DNA of 64,000 nt from Utricularia gibba (taxonomy: Eukaryota; Plantae; Magnoliophyta), in NCBI GenBank assembly GCA_002189035.1, contig NEEC01000020.1, positions 682,001 through 746,000 on the forward strand, written 5' to 3'. The translations under genes were made by a program, and so were the position numbers. This document shows, one piece after another, positions 1-11,284 of this stretch. Within the stretch, counting starts at the first letter, position 1; each line of letters opens with the position of its first letter. The notes beneath the pieces were generated by a model. The model made no database searches. It was not told where the DNA came from and saw only the letters and a program-made list of their open reading frames with translations.

Positions 1-484
1 CAAATGTTCTAACTATTGACTGTCCGGTTAGGTGGATTAGCCGGGTTGACGGTTCCCGTAAAACTCCATTTGATTTGATTATTTTATACATACTATTTTT
101 CTATACAAAACTAATTCTGAAATTTTAATTTTGTTTATATATTTGATAAGCCAACTATCGATTTTGTTAATATTTCGATATAGTATATATTTCAATGCAC
201 AAGTAGCTCTACTTTGGTCATCTACTACCGGGAACCAAAACCAAACCACAACAAAGAGTAAGGCATGTTCTTGCTGGTGCATCATTGTGCAGCAAAACTG
301 CACACACAGGCGCTTGCTCTCCCCATCCCAACAACAAGGTGTTCCAACAACTACCCACAACTCACGGCATTCTTGCTGGATGCATCATGGCAAAGAGAGG
401 AAGGCTAGCAATGGAATCCCTGCTATTAATTCATATTGGTATCTCCCTGATCCACAAGTTGGATTGATGCATCGAGAGACCAAA

Positions 485-853
485 AGCCTAGAGCAATGAG
501 GGAGTTTAAAGCGAAGAGCACCTTGAGCAGGGGCTAAATGCTTCTTCCTCGCCTTAGTACTAACAGCAGGTCCATGTCAATATCAAATGAAGGGTGTGAA
601 TAGTAGAACCTGAACATGAACTGAACTGCAAAAAGAAGCTAATGGAAGGGATGTTATGCATCCAGAAGCCATAAGCATAGAGCAATGAAGAGCACCTTAT
701 GCAGGGGGAGTCTGCTCTTGGACTGCCCAAGTGCTTCTCCCTCACCTTACTACTAACAGCAGGTCAATGTCAACATCAAATGAAGAGTGAATATGCAATC
801 CTTAACATGAACTGAAATGCAGAAAGAAGCTAATGGAAGGGATTTTGTGCATC
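485..853. repeat. Degenerate tandem duplication, unit about 190 bp (copies ~485-662 and ~667-853), with shorter duplicated motifs at ~263-290 and ~367-395
   Basis: Shared blocks TAGAGCAATGA (489, 678), GAAGAGCACCTT, TACTAACAGCAGGTC, ATCAAATGAAG, AACATGAACTGAA and AAAGAAGCTAATGGAAGGGAT occur in both copies in the same order; no convincing ORF. Confidence 0.9.
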
Positions 854-1019
854 TTGACAAATGAGAAGAATCAGGAAAGTAAAATACAAGCACACAAGTT
901 TAAATCATGAGCAACAATGCTATTGGGGTGAATCGCAGAGCATTACTAAGGAATTCAGTGAACAAGTGAAGCCTGGATTGATGAAGCACTTTAGGGGTTG
1001 GTTCAGATCTGGGTGGAGT

Positions 1020-1640
1020 TCAAACGCGTGTGGCGACAGCGGGTGCGGCGGCGGTGGCAGCGGCGCCTCCAAGGAGCGACAAGAAACTCGAATTGGCAGG
1101 TCCTTGATCATCCAAGAACAGATCTTCGGGCACTCGGAAGGCTCCATGGGCGCAGACAACGGCAAGGCCGACAAGCAAAGAAGAGATCACGAGAGATCCA
1201 ATGCTGGTGAGGAAAACCACGACGATAGTCGAGACAACGAGAATCCCCAGCATCTCCCGATCGGAGAACGCGCGTCCGCCGATGACGAGAGGCTGGTCGG
1301 AGGGGCGAAAAGCGTAGAGAAATATCCACGCGGCGAGAAGAACCAACAGAACGAGGAGAGAGAACGGGTGAGAGAGGAGAGATATTCCAACAGAGAGCGC
1401 AATCACGGAGAAGTAGTTGACTCGGAAATAGGAGAAATTCCGGCGGATTCGGGATGCCGCCTCCCCGAGGTTGTCAGGCCGGGCGATGGCGGAGCGATCT
1501 ATGAGCTCCCTCCAAGGCCGGCGCTGAGACAGCCCCTGGCGTATGGTGGTGTTCAGGCGGGAGACGAAACTGCGCAACGCCGGAGTGGCGATCGGCGGCT
1601 GGGATTCCGACTGTGGGCTGGAGACAGGAAGCGTCGCCAT
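1020..1640 (-). CDS. PRA1B: PRA1 family protein B (prenylated Rab acceptor 1), intronless
   Basis: Contains RRPWRELID, RIRRNFSYFRVNY, HPFSL, and HGAFRVPEDLFLDD motifs with hydrophobic hairpins. ATG at 1640 (MATLPVSS) preferred over the ORF-track start at 1679. Confidence 0.95.
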   Translation of the reverse strand: MATLPVSSPQSESQPPIATPALRSFVSRLNTTIRQGLSQRRPWRELIDRSAIARPDNLGEAASRIRRNFSYFRVNYFSVIALSVGISLLSHPFSLLVLLVLLAAWIFLYAFRPSDQPLVIGGRAFSDREMLGILVVSTIVVVFLTSIGSLVISSLLVGLAVVCAHGAFRVPEDLFLDDQGPANSSFLSLLGGAAATAAAPAVATRV

Positions 1641-3001
1641 CGTCGAAGAGAGAGAAAAGCCCTCAAAATGCAATGGCAATTATTTAGGGATAAAGATGCC
1701 TAACATTCGAATTTGGGATGGTAATGTAAATATTATATTAATACTTCTTTATTATCTTAATCTTATTTCATTAAAAAATTGATTTTACCTAATAATTATA
1801 AATTAGTCAACAATGTTCAAAAAATTAATCTCAAAATTTTATTACCTACCAATTTAACATAAATAATTACAATTGTTTGAAATAATTAACATTACTAATC
1901 TGTAAATATTTAAAATATTTAATAAAATTAATGATCCCTAATTTTAAAATAATATAAAGATAATTATACTTGATCGTTACACAATGAAAAATAAAAAATA
2001 TCTAAAATATAAAACTTTAAGAATTATATATACTCGATATGTCAAATTTTTGAAAATTTGATGGCCGATTTTGTCAAAATGTTCAATTTTAGATTTTTTT
2101 TAATGAGATTTCCTCAATTTATGACTTCCATTTCAGTTCAAAATTAAATTTTAGAAAAAAATAATGAAATTTCAAAAGAAATTAAAAAATTTTTTATTTT
2201 GAAAATTCAAAATTTAAAACATGACTTAACCTAGCATCAATAGATACTAATGCTAACAACCCGATTTAGGTATCTAGTTATCTATTTTATTAGGACTATG
2301 ACTGCCATTAATACCTCTAAAAATTGGGGATATTAGAAATGTGAAGATTGTGATAAAAATAACCAACTTAACCAGTGTTATTGAAATTTTTTTGAAATTA
2401 TTTTTATTTTTTCAAAGTTATTTTAGAAAAATATAAATAATAATTCAAATTAAAAATACTCATTACTTTTGAAAAAATAATTTTTGTATTACAATTTTAA
2501 AAATATTTTTAATAGAATTACTTTTACAATTAATGTTATAAAATAAAATTGTTTTTATTTTTTGAAAAGTAGAAATAAACTTCAAAAATTTTAGATAACA
2601 ATGTTTTAATTCAAAAATTTTGGTTAAATGTGTGAGATAGATTAGAAAGACAATCTCATAATTGTTATTTTCAACTACACACATTCCCACTATTTATCAA
2701 AATGGTCCAAGAATCCAAATTTTGTTCAAATTTGAAAAAACATAACCATACTTTCAAGAAAAATAATTGAAATCTGAAATTACACAAAATTTAATTCATG
2801 TTTGGAAAAAGTTCTATGTATGTTAATCAAATACGAATGATTTACGTTTCAAAAAACTTACAAATTTGAAAATGTTTCTTATATTTAAGAAGTTACATAC
2901 TTCCAACTTCTAGTTTTTTATATGCATTTTCTTGAAAATTGATTTATAACACGCACAATGTTAATTAAACACAAGATCACAACAAACACAACGCGGTCGG
3001 A

Positions 3002-3030
3002 TAGGGTTTAGGGTTTGCGGTTTAGGGTTT
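3002..3030 (+). promoter_or_regulatory. Cluster of three telo-boxes (TAGGGTTT) / interstitial telomere-like repeats
   Basis: TAGGGTTT at 3002-3009, 3009-3016 and 3023-3030. Confidence 0.75.
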
Positions 3031-3050
3031 TGAGTGGGGGAGTGAGTGGC

Positions 3051-3197
3051 TATTGGATGGCAGTTAATGTTCTGTTTCACATTAAATGCTCTGTGAAAGT
3101 TGCATTGAATGGTAACTTACACGGTGAAAAGCCCTAATTTCCCCCACAGCAGTAACACAGTAAATACTGTTGGGGGTAGTTGCAACTGCCATCAATA
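3051..3197. repeat. About 147-bp element bounded by a near-perfect 14-bp inverted repeat, with internal hairpins (MITE-like or structured RNA)
   Basis: TATTGGATGGCAGTT (3051-3065) versus AACTGCCATCAATA (3184-3197); internal stems at 3076-3097, 3097-3118 and 3141-3176. Confidence 0.6.
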
Positions 3198-4213
3198 TGA
3201 ATGCCCCTTTTTATGAATTATATTTTTATTTTGAGAAAAAGGAAAATTGTGTTTGGTGTAGAAATAATGATATTATATGATTAATTAAATTCGTTTAATA
3301 TATTAATTTGTATCTTATCTTAAATAAAAAAATTATATTGATTTACCAACATTGTTTAAAAACCACAGTTTAATTATAATTAAATTGTTTTGAATCGTGG
3401 ATTATTCAACATAATGGTTAAATTAAATTTAAAATGTTTTAAAATATAAAGAAATGAATTATGGTTCAATTACAGTTAGATAGTATTTCAATTATAATTC
3501 AATCACATTTTTCTGTTTTTTCATAATAAAAATATTATGTTTTTATAAAAATCAATAATTTAATCATGATTTAAACCTCGGGTACATCATTCAAACAGCA
3601 AAGTATTTATTTATTTATTTTTCAATTTAAAACACTAGCAACTGGTTTCATTGTACGGACGTTAGAAATGTGTTTTTGACCACAGAGGGCGGTAAAGTAC
3701 TTTTTAGCCCACTTCGAGTCTTGGATGGCATTAAATGGGGAAGCAGCCTTAGAGGGGCAATCTCGTCCTTTCTCCGGAATCGATATAGCCGTTGTAGCCC
3801 ACTTGCATAATATATAAAGATGGGGAATAAGGGCGCTTCTGTCGGTCGTTGCAAGGAGGAGATGAGAAAAATGGGAACGGGTACTTTTGTCGGAATTCCC
3901 ACATGTCCCCTGGAAAACTAGCCGTTGCGAGAACCAGTAGGAGTGGCCTAAAGGAAAAAAACAAATGCTGGGAGAGTAAGAGTGTGGACCCTTGTCCATA
4001 GGGCTCCTCGAGAAACTCCACTGAGTTAAATCCCCCCTGTCTCTTGTTATGTTTTCACGTGCCCAGAAATCGCATCATCACCCCTAGAAACTCTGTTTCT
4101 TCTTCTTCTTCCCTCCCTCTGCTGGAGAAACACTAAAGAAAAAAGGAATCTTTTTTCACCTTTTGCTTGCTTGCCCCCCCTCTCCTTTCTGCTGTGGTTT
4201 CCGCGAAGTGGGT

Positions 4214-6669
4214 ATGGAGGAAAAGGCTGGGTCTTGTAAGGAAGATGAGGTTGTTCAGAATGGGCCCTTTTACTACTTCCCTTTGTTTTCTCAAGTTTTC
4301 TTGGTTGCCCAGTTCCTGGTTTGTGTAGCTGCTGCGAGTTCGAGTAGCTCCTGGGATGGGATAGTGGTAACAGAAGCAGATTATCAGGGGCTGCAAGCAT
4401 TTAAGCATGATTTGGTTGATCCAAATGGGGTTTTGAAAAGCTGGAATGATTCTGGTTATGGAGCTTGCTCTGGCGGCTGGGCTGGAATAAAGTGTTCACA
4501 GGGACAGGTTATTGTTATCCAACTTCCATGGAGGGGATTGGGTGGAAGAATCACTGAGAAAATCAGTCAGTTTCAAGGACTTCGAAAGCTTAGTCTCCAT
4601 GATAACCTTTTAGTTGGTTCTATCCCAATTTCCTTGGGTCTTTTGCCTAATCTCAGAGGAGTTCAGCTGTACAATAACATGCTTTCTGGTTCAATCCCTG
4701 CAACTCTTGGGTTGTGCCCACTCATTCAGAGTATTGATCTTGGTAACAATTCTCTGTCTGGTGAACTCCCTGCTGCTTTAGTTAACTCCACCAGGCTTTT
4801 CCGCCTTAATGTGAGCTATAACTCACTCTCTGGTTCAATCCCAGATTCTTTCACTCAGTCAAGATCACTTATTTTTCTTGCTCTGGAGAGGAACAATTTT
4901 TCTGGTGCTATTCCAGATTCTTGGGGAAGTGTGACAGATGGTTCATTTCAGCTTCAGTATCTGACCCTTGACCACAACTCATTCAATGGAAGCATTCCTG
5001 TTAGCCTATCCAACTTGAAAAACCTTTCTGCTCTCGATTTGAGTTACAATCAAATCGTGGGACCAATACCTGATGAAATTGGGAACATCTCTTCCCTTGG
5101 GAGATTTGATTTGTCTCACAACAGTCTTTCAGGAGAGATCCCAGTTTCTTTAGGAGAACTACCAAATCTCTATTCCTTCAATGTGTCTTACAACAACCTC
5201 TCTGGTTCAGTTCCCATAAGCCTTTCCCAAAGATTCAATGCTAGTGCATTTGAGGGTAATCTTCAGCTATGTGGATTTAGTGTTTCAGCACCATGTTCAC
5301 AGCCTCCAGCTCCGGAAAAACAGCACCGGAGGATGGGAATTAAAGACATTCTGCTGATTGCATTTGCTGTTAGTCTCCTGATTTTGATGGTGATATGCTG
5401 TATTTTGATAGTCTGCTTAATGAGGAAAACTAAAAGGGGGGACACAGAAGCCAACAAGAGTGGTTCAGCCGCAGCAGGAGAAGCTTCAGGCAAGGGAGAA
5501 AAGGGTACTGTCTAGAACCAGTCTTTCTTTTACTGCTCAATAAACACTCCATGAACTTTATTAACTGAATGTCATTTCCATCAGGCTCTCAGTCCACCGC
5601 CAGAGACATTCAAACAAGTGCAGATACTGGTGGGAAACTTGTGCACTTCGATGGGGCGATTGCTTTCACAGCAGATGATCTTCTATGTGCAACTGCTGAA
5701 ATCATAGGCAAAAGCACTTATGGAACAGTGTATAAAGCCACGATGGAAGATGGGGTCCAAGTTGCAGTTAAGAGACTGAGAGAAAGAATCACAAAAGGGC
5801 AAAAGGATTTCGAAATCGAAGTCAATGCTTTAGGAAAAATCAGGCACCCCCATCTTCTTGCACTAAGAGCTTACTATTTAGGCCCCAAGGGAGAAAAGCT
5901 GCTGGTCTTTGACTACATGGTTAATGGCAGCCTTGCCACTTTTCTTCACGGTAAAAGAATTCACAAACTTACCTCAGTTTCTTGTTCTCCACATCCCTGG
6001 TTCTTGATTAACTGATAATCCTTTTTTTGGGGGTGTTTTGCAGCGCGAGCACCTGATACAACAGTCGATTGGTCAACGAGGATGAAGATTGCCAAAGGGA
6101 TGACGAGGGGATTGATTTACCTCCACAACAATGTCAGCATCATCCATGGAAACCTGACATCAACCAACGTTCTTCTCGATGAGCAGACAAATGCAAAGAT
6201 TTCAGACTACGGCCTTTCACGGCTAATGACAGCTGCCGCAAATGCGAACGTAATCGCGACTGCGGGAGCTTTGGGATACAGGGCGCCTGAGCTTTCCAAA
6301 CTGAAAAAGGCTACCACGAAGAGCGATGTTTATAGCCTCGGAGTTATTATGTTGGAACTTCTTACCGGAAAATCTCCCGGCGAGGAGATGAACGGCGTGG
6401 ATTTGCCGCAGTGGGTGGCGTCGATCGTGAAGGAAGAGTGGACGAAAGACGTGTTCGATCTGGAATTGATGAGGGATTCATCTGTCATCGGCGATGAGTT
6501 GTTGAATACGCTGAAGCTGGCCCTCCATTGCGTGGATCCATCTCCGTCGGCGAGGCCGGAGGCCAGTCAGATTCTACAGCAACTGGAAGAAATCAGACCA
6601 GACACCGTCGCCAGTAGCTCCGGAGAAGACATCCCCGGCGGCGCCGCCCCGCTGTCTTCCAGTGATTAA
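4214..6669 (+). CDS. IMK3: LRR-III receptor-like kinase, IMK2/IMK3 type; exons 4214-5504, 5585-5950, 6044-6669
   Basis: N-cap [14 protein letters not shown]...[18 protein letters not shown], LRRs, a TM helix, GGKLVHFDG...[25 protein letters not shown], and [15 protein letters not shown] introns 5505-5584 and 5951-6043 keep the frame. IMK2 versus IMK3 assignment is tentative. Confidence 0.92.
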
Positions 6670-7588
6670 CGGTTAATCAAATCACTGTTTGATTCAGTAT
6701 TCTTTCATTTGATTAATTTGTACCAAGCTGCAGCGCATCCTTCTTTCAACCACTTATCAAAAATAGTAACCCTCTTAATAAAAAAATAATAAATTACATT
6801 AAAAGAAAATTTATTTTACTTAGATAATAAATATATAATATATAATTATATTTAAAAATATGTTAGATGTATATCTCACATGAATGCTCATAATGTACTA
6901 TATCCTAATTAATCCTTTCTAATTTATTGAATAATAAAGATTAATTATATTCGATGTTCAAATAGTAAGAGATAAAAAAAACTAAAAACTAATTACATTA
7001 TATCAATGCGGAAAATTTTGGAGATCTATTTTACCAATAGAAAATAAATAGTAATTTATATTAAATTAAAAAATGATAATTAATTTTATCAGAATGTTAG
7101 ATATTAGAATTTTTTGACGTAATTTTTTTTATAATAAATCACATGTATATTCACATATATCTTTATCAAACAAATATAATTTTCAATTAATCAACGTTTT
7201 AAATGATGAAAAAACATGAGTCATTTGTATAAATAATTCGAAGATGATTTAAAATATATTTAAAATATTAAAACAAATGTCACGATACATTTTTATTTTA
7301 AAAGATATTATTTATTTTGAATACTCAATTCTGATAATTTTGCATTATTTTCTTATGGAGAAAAATATTATATTTTTATTACAATAAAAAGATATTATAC
7401 AAGATTATGAGAGTTATTTTTATTTAAGCAAGATCTTCTCTGTTTGCAAGTCGTAACCAATATAGAATGCTGTGATTAGATCTTTAATCTTTTTAATTTA
7501 ATCTAACCTTTATCATATATAGTTTTTAATGAAAAAGGATATTCAATTAGGCAAGGCAAGTCATTGCCGCCCAATAAGTAAATGAGCC

Positions 7589-7719
7589 TGGGCCGGCCCA
7601 GTGCAATCTTCTGGATCCATCTCACATTAGAATTACTTGAAACGTCATACTGACCCTTCCGTCTAAAACAGAAAAAAACGAGGAGCAAGAACCTTGTAGT
7701 GATCCCGCAGGAACCCTAG
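7589..7719 (+). promoter_or_regulatory. Site II (TGGGCC/GGCCCA) motifs plus a telo-like box upstream of eIF2-alpha
   Basis: CTGGGCCGGCCCAG at ~7589-7602 and GAACCCTAG at 7711-7719; this pairing is typical of plant translation-factor promoters. Confidence 0.55.
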
Positions 7720-7758
7720 TTCTCCAGTTTGGCTTTCTGTCTCAGCCGGAGGCTAAAT

Positions 7759-9766
7759 ATGGCGAACAACGGCCCGAACCTCGAATGCCGGATGTACGAA
7801 GCGAGGTACCCGGAAGTGGATCAGGCGGTGATGATAAAGGTGAAGTCTATGGCGGACAGCGGCGCGTATGTTTCACTTCTCGAGTACAACGACATAGAGG
7901 GAATGATTTTGTTCTCCGAGTTGTCCCGTCGCCGAATTCGAAGTATCAGCAGCTTGATTAAGGTTGGTCGTATTGAGCCTGTCATGGTTCTCCGTGTGGA
8001 CAAGGATAAGGGCTACATTGATCTCAGCAAGAGACGTGTGTCTGAGGAGGATATTCAGGGTTGCGAGGAGAGGTATAATAAGAGTAAACTTGTCCATTCT
8101 ATCATGAGGCATGTCGCGGAGACCATGAGTATTGACCTTGAGGTTAAATTCCCCTTCTTTTTGAAGTTTTTTTTCAGCATTTAGTGTAATGGGATGGTTT
8201 CATTGTTGATTTCATGTTTCTTTGGGTTTCTGCAGGACCTGTACATTCATGTTGGCTGGCCTTTATACAAGAAGTATGGCCATGCATTTGAGGTGAGGTA
8301 GATTTAGTGTTTGATATTTGTCTATTGTGGCACTTAGAGGTTCTTTATTGTGACATTTTGCTCTTTGATCCGAAGGCTTTCAAAGTGATCGTTAACGAGC
8401 CCGATTCAGTGCTTGACTCCCTCACCCGTGAAGTGAAAGAGATCGGTCATGATGGTCAAGAGGTAAAAATAAATGATTCTCTTTTTCCGACCCATGTAAA
8501 CTGTTTTGAGGCAGATTTTCTACTCTTCCAGAAGTGTTTTTCATTGTTTTTTCCAATAAAATTGCCAGGCTCTCCTTTATTGTTTTAGCTTCTCACCTGA
8601 GATTGAGAGTGTACCAAACACATTCAAGTGTTTACTATGTTCGGATTTGATTTCATCACCTGGCATTGGTTGCCCTGCAGGTGACGAAAGTGGTACCTGC
8701 TTTATCCGAGGAAGTGAAGGATGCTTTAGTTAAGAATATTAGAAGAAGAATGACACCGCAACCTCTGAAGATACGTGCAGATATTGAACTGAAGTGCTTT
8801 CAGTACGATGGTGTTTTGCACATAAAGGTCATAGTCCATTTAACAACTTTCGTGTTTTCATCCTTTTTGAATGTGTCTTGTCTTTTGGATTCGCACTGAA
8901 GCCCAATATGGCAGTGTTCAACGTGTGTCATACAGTATATGCTGAAGTAGGAAATTTTTACCAATGTTGGGGGTGTTTTATGTGTATCATGCCTATGCGT
9001 TGGAGGATAATTTTGAGTTTTAGGAAGAGTAGCAAAAAGAATGGAGTTAGTGTAAGCTCTAAAAGCCAAAAACTGCAAGTAACAAGATTTTGACATGGTT
9101 GAAGGTGCTAGTGTTTTTTTTTGCGTGGTTAAAGAAATTATTTAGCCTTTTCACTTTTATTCAGATCTTAATAACAAGGGATTGCTGATCTGTAAGTTGA
9201 GATGCCATTCTTTCGGTCTCTTTTTAATTATTGGTATCGGTTTGTCTCTTCAGGAAGCAATGCGTAAAGCAGAAGATGCCGGAAACAAGGATTGTCCCGT
9301 GAAAATGAAACTCATAGCTGCACCCTCATACGTTCTAAACACCCAGACTCTGGACAAGGTAATTGTGATAGTTCCCACTTAATTGTCTCTGTCTCGAAAA
9401 TATTTCCGGCCCGTATACAAACTGTGTGAACATTGTCTTTGCAGGAACAAGGCGTCGCAATCCTTAACAATGCTATCGAAATCTGTAGACGAGAAATCGA
9501 GCAGCACAAAGGAAAGCTTACTGTCAAGGAGGCACCCAGAGCGGTGAGTACATTGCACTGCTGCTTCTCTTCATCACACGATATACGATATCCTTGTTTG
9601 ATGGTTTCAGGTCAGCGAACGGGAGGACAAGCTACTTGCAGAGCAAATGGCTAAACTTGGTCAAGAAAACGAGGAAGTGAGCGGCGATGATGACAGCGAA
9701 GAGGAGGAAGACACCGGGATGGGGGAAATCGATCTCGAGAACGCAGGCCCCGGCATCACTGAGTGA
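7759..9766 (+). CDS. EIF2A: Eukaryotic translation initiation factor 2 alpha; 7 exons (7759-8142, 8236-8292, 8376-8462, 8681-8827, 9254-9358, 9445-9543, 9611-9766)
   Basis: [29 protein letters not shown] (phospho-Ser loop intact), [11 protein letters not shown], and an acidic C-terminal tail; splice sites traced in frame. Confidence 0.97.
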
Positions 9767-10186
9767 GTATCACCATCACCACCACCACCATTACTGCTTC
9801 TCAATCCTCCTCTTAGCCATTTTTGTTCCTGTTTGAGTTTTCCATACCCTCAGAGTCTTTGTTCAGGTAATGTATCCCTCCCAATGTTGTTCATATAGAG
9901 CACACCAACCCTTTTGGAGATACGAGATATTTCTTGTGTACTCCATTTGAACTCATTGCTGAGTAATGTGAGTGTTGAACTTGCTCATTTGATTAAGCGT
10001 GTGTTTAATAATATAGTATGTAAGATTTATATCCAAGTCTATATATACATGGATGTTGTTAAGGGCTAAAATCGGCATTGGAGTCGGAACTGATCTTTGG
10101 GTTATAGAGTTTGCTGGATGCGTTGAATTTGGGTATGGGTTTTATGCTTTGTTTGGTGCCTTTAATGAAAATAAAGGACAAAGATT

Positions 10187-10254
10187 TTTTATGTGTAAAT
10201 CGTCGAGAAACGGAAAAATTTTTTATGTGTAAATCGTCGAGAAACGGAAAAATT
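10187..10254 (+). repeat. Perfect 34-bp tandem duplication
   Basis: TTTTATGTGTAAATCGTCGAGAAACGGAAAAATT at 10187-10220 and 10221-10254. Confidence 0.95.
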
Positions 10255-11190
10255 ATGGAGTTGATGGAATTTGTCGGAAAATACCTTTGATAGATGGGTT
10301 TGGGAAAGATACAGGTTGTAGATTTTAGAGTCAAATCATTTTCTCTTCAAAACTTCTCTTGTTTATAGAAGATGTCGATTTAAACGAATCATGAATTTTG
10401 TAATGATCCGATTGCTTTCCTTGCTTGCTGTACATGTTGCGATCTTGCCCTTGTATAACTGTCGACTGTTTTGTTATTATCGTAATTCGACTATTTTTCA
10501 ATCTGTCCAAAACAATCGTTTTTGACTAACCCCAATAATTATCGATCTGTCATATTGCGTCAGTATGTCATAACATCTTTTAATCACTTTTACAGTAACT
10601 CATTAGATAGTACTGATTTGGGCCCCATCAGATGTTTAATTAGTTAGTATATGTATATCAATTTTATATAGTTATATTATTCGTATATTTATTTTTTGAA
10701 CATATAAATGATATATAAAATAAAGTGAGTTTAATTATGTATATATTATTCATATATTCACAAAGTATATAAACATTATTTGAATACTACAAAAAAATTT
10801 ACAAAATTATATATAAATTTTTAGAATAATTAAATATGATGGTTCAAGAAACGTGGTCGAACGATTCCAAGTACCCACAACCCGAACTGGTTGGAACTTG
10901 GGATTCTAGTTTGAATCAACCGTTGACTTCTTGTGCAAATTGGTTTGCTTTGACTAAATTATTTTTATTTATTATTATTTTTTAATAGTTGGGCCATTGA
11001 CTTACTAGATGCCCAGTTTGATCTGGCCCGTTGAAGTCTATTTTACTTTAACCAGCGGGAACATGCCACGTTTGTGATGCAAAGATAAGATGAATATAGC
11101 TGACGTGTCTGGATAGTACACGGCTGCCCTCGGCTGTCCTGAATGTACAACTCTCTTTGTGTAGCATATAAATACGCAAAGACTCGAGCG

Positions 11191-11198
11191 GCATATCC
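11191..11198 (+). promoter_or_regulatory. P1BS (GNATATNC), PHR1-type phosphate-starvation element near the UGP3 start
   Basis: GCATATCC lies 87 nt before the ATG and just downstream of TATAAAT (11167-11173). Confidence 0.55.
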
Positions 11199-11284
11199 TT
11201 CGGAACCTTCATTACGATCCTTCGATTCCGGAGTTCAGACAGCACTTGAGTTCGGGAACGTGTCGCCTCTAAGGCGGTCTGTAA

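Noticed and set aside
861-1703. 280-aa + strand ORF
   Set aside because: Antisense shadow of the GC-rich PRA1 coding sequence; no recognisable domain.
3002-3030. AAACCCTAAACCCTA on the minus strand as a telomerase RNA template
   Set aside because: No USE (TCCCACATCG) plus TATA type-3 promoter at the expected position and no recognisable P1 ends; treated as telo-boxes.
6100-6215. HGN instead of HRD and DYG instead of DFG in the kinase
   Set aside because: Normal for LRR-III atypical kinases; not novel.
7553-7570. GGCAAGTCAT, matching part of miR169 on the minus strand
   Set aside because: Only about 10 nt and no fold-back partner.
8370-8376. AAG splice acceptors (eIF2-alpha 8375; UGP3 12560)
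   Set aside because: Uncommon but well within normal U2 acceptor variation.
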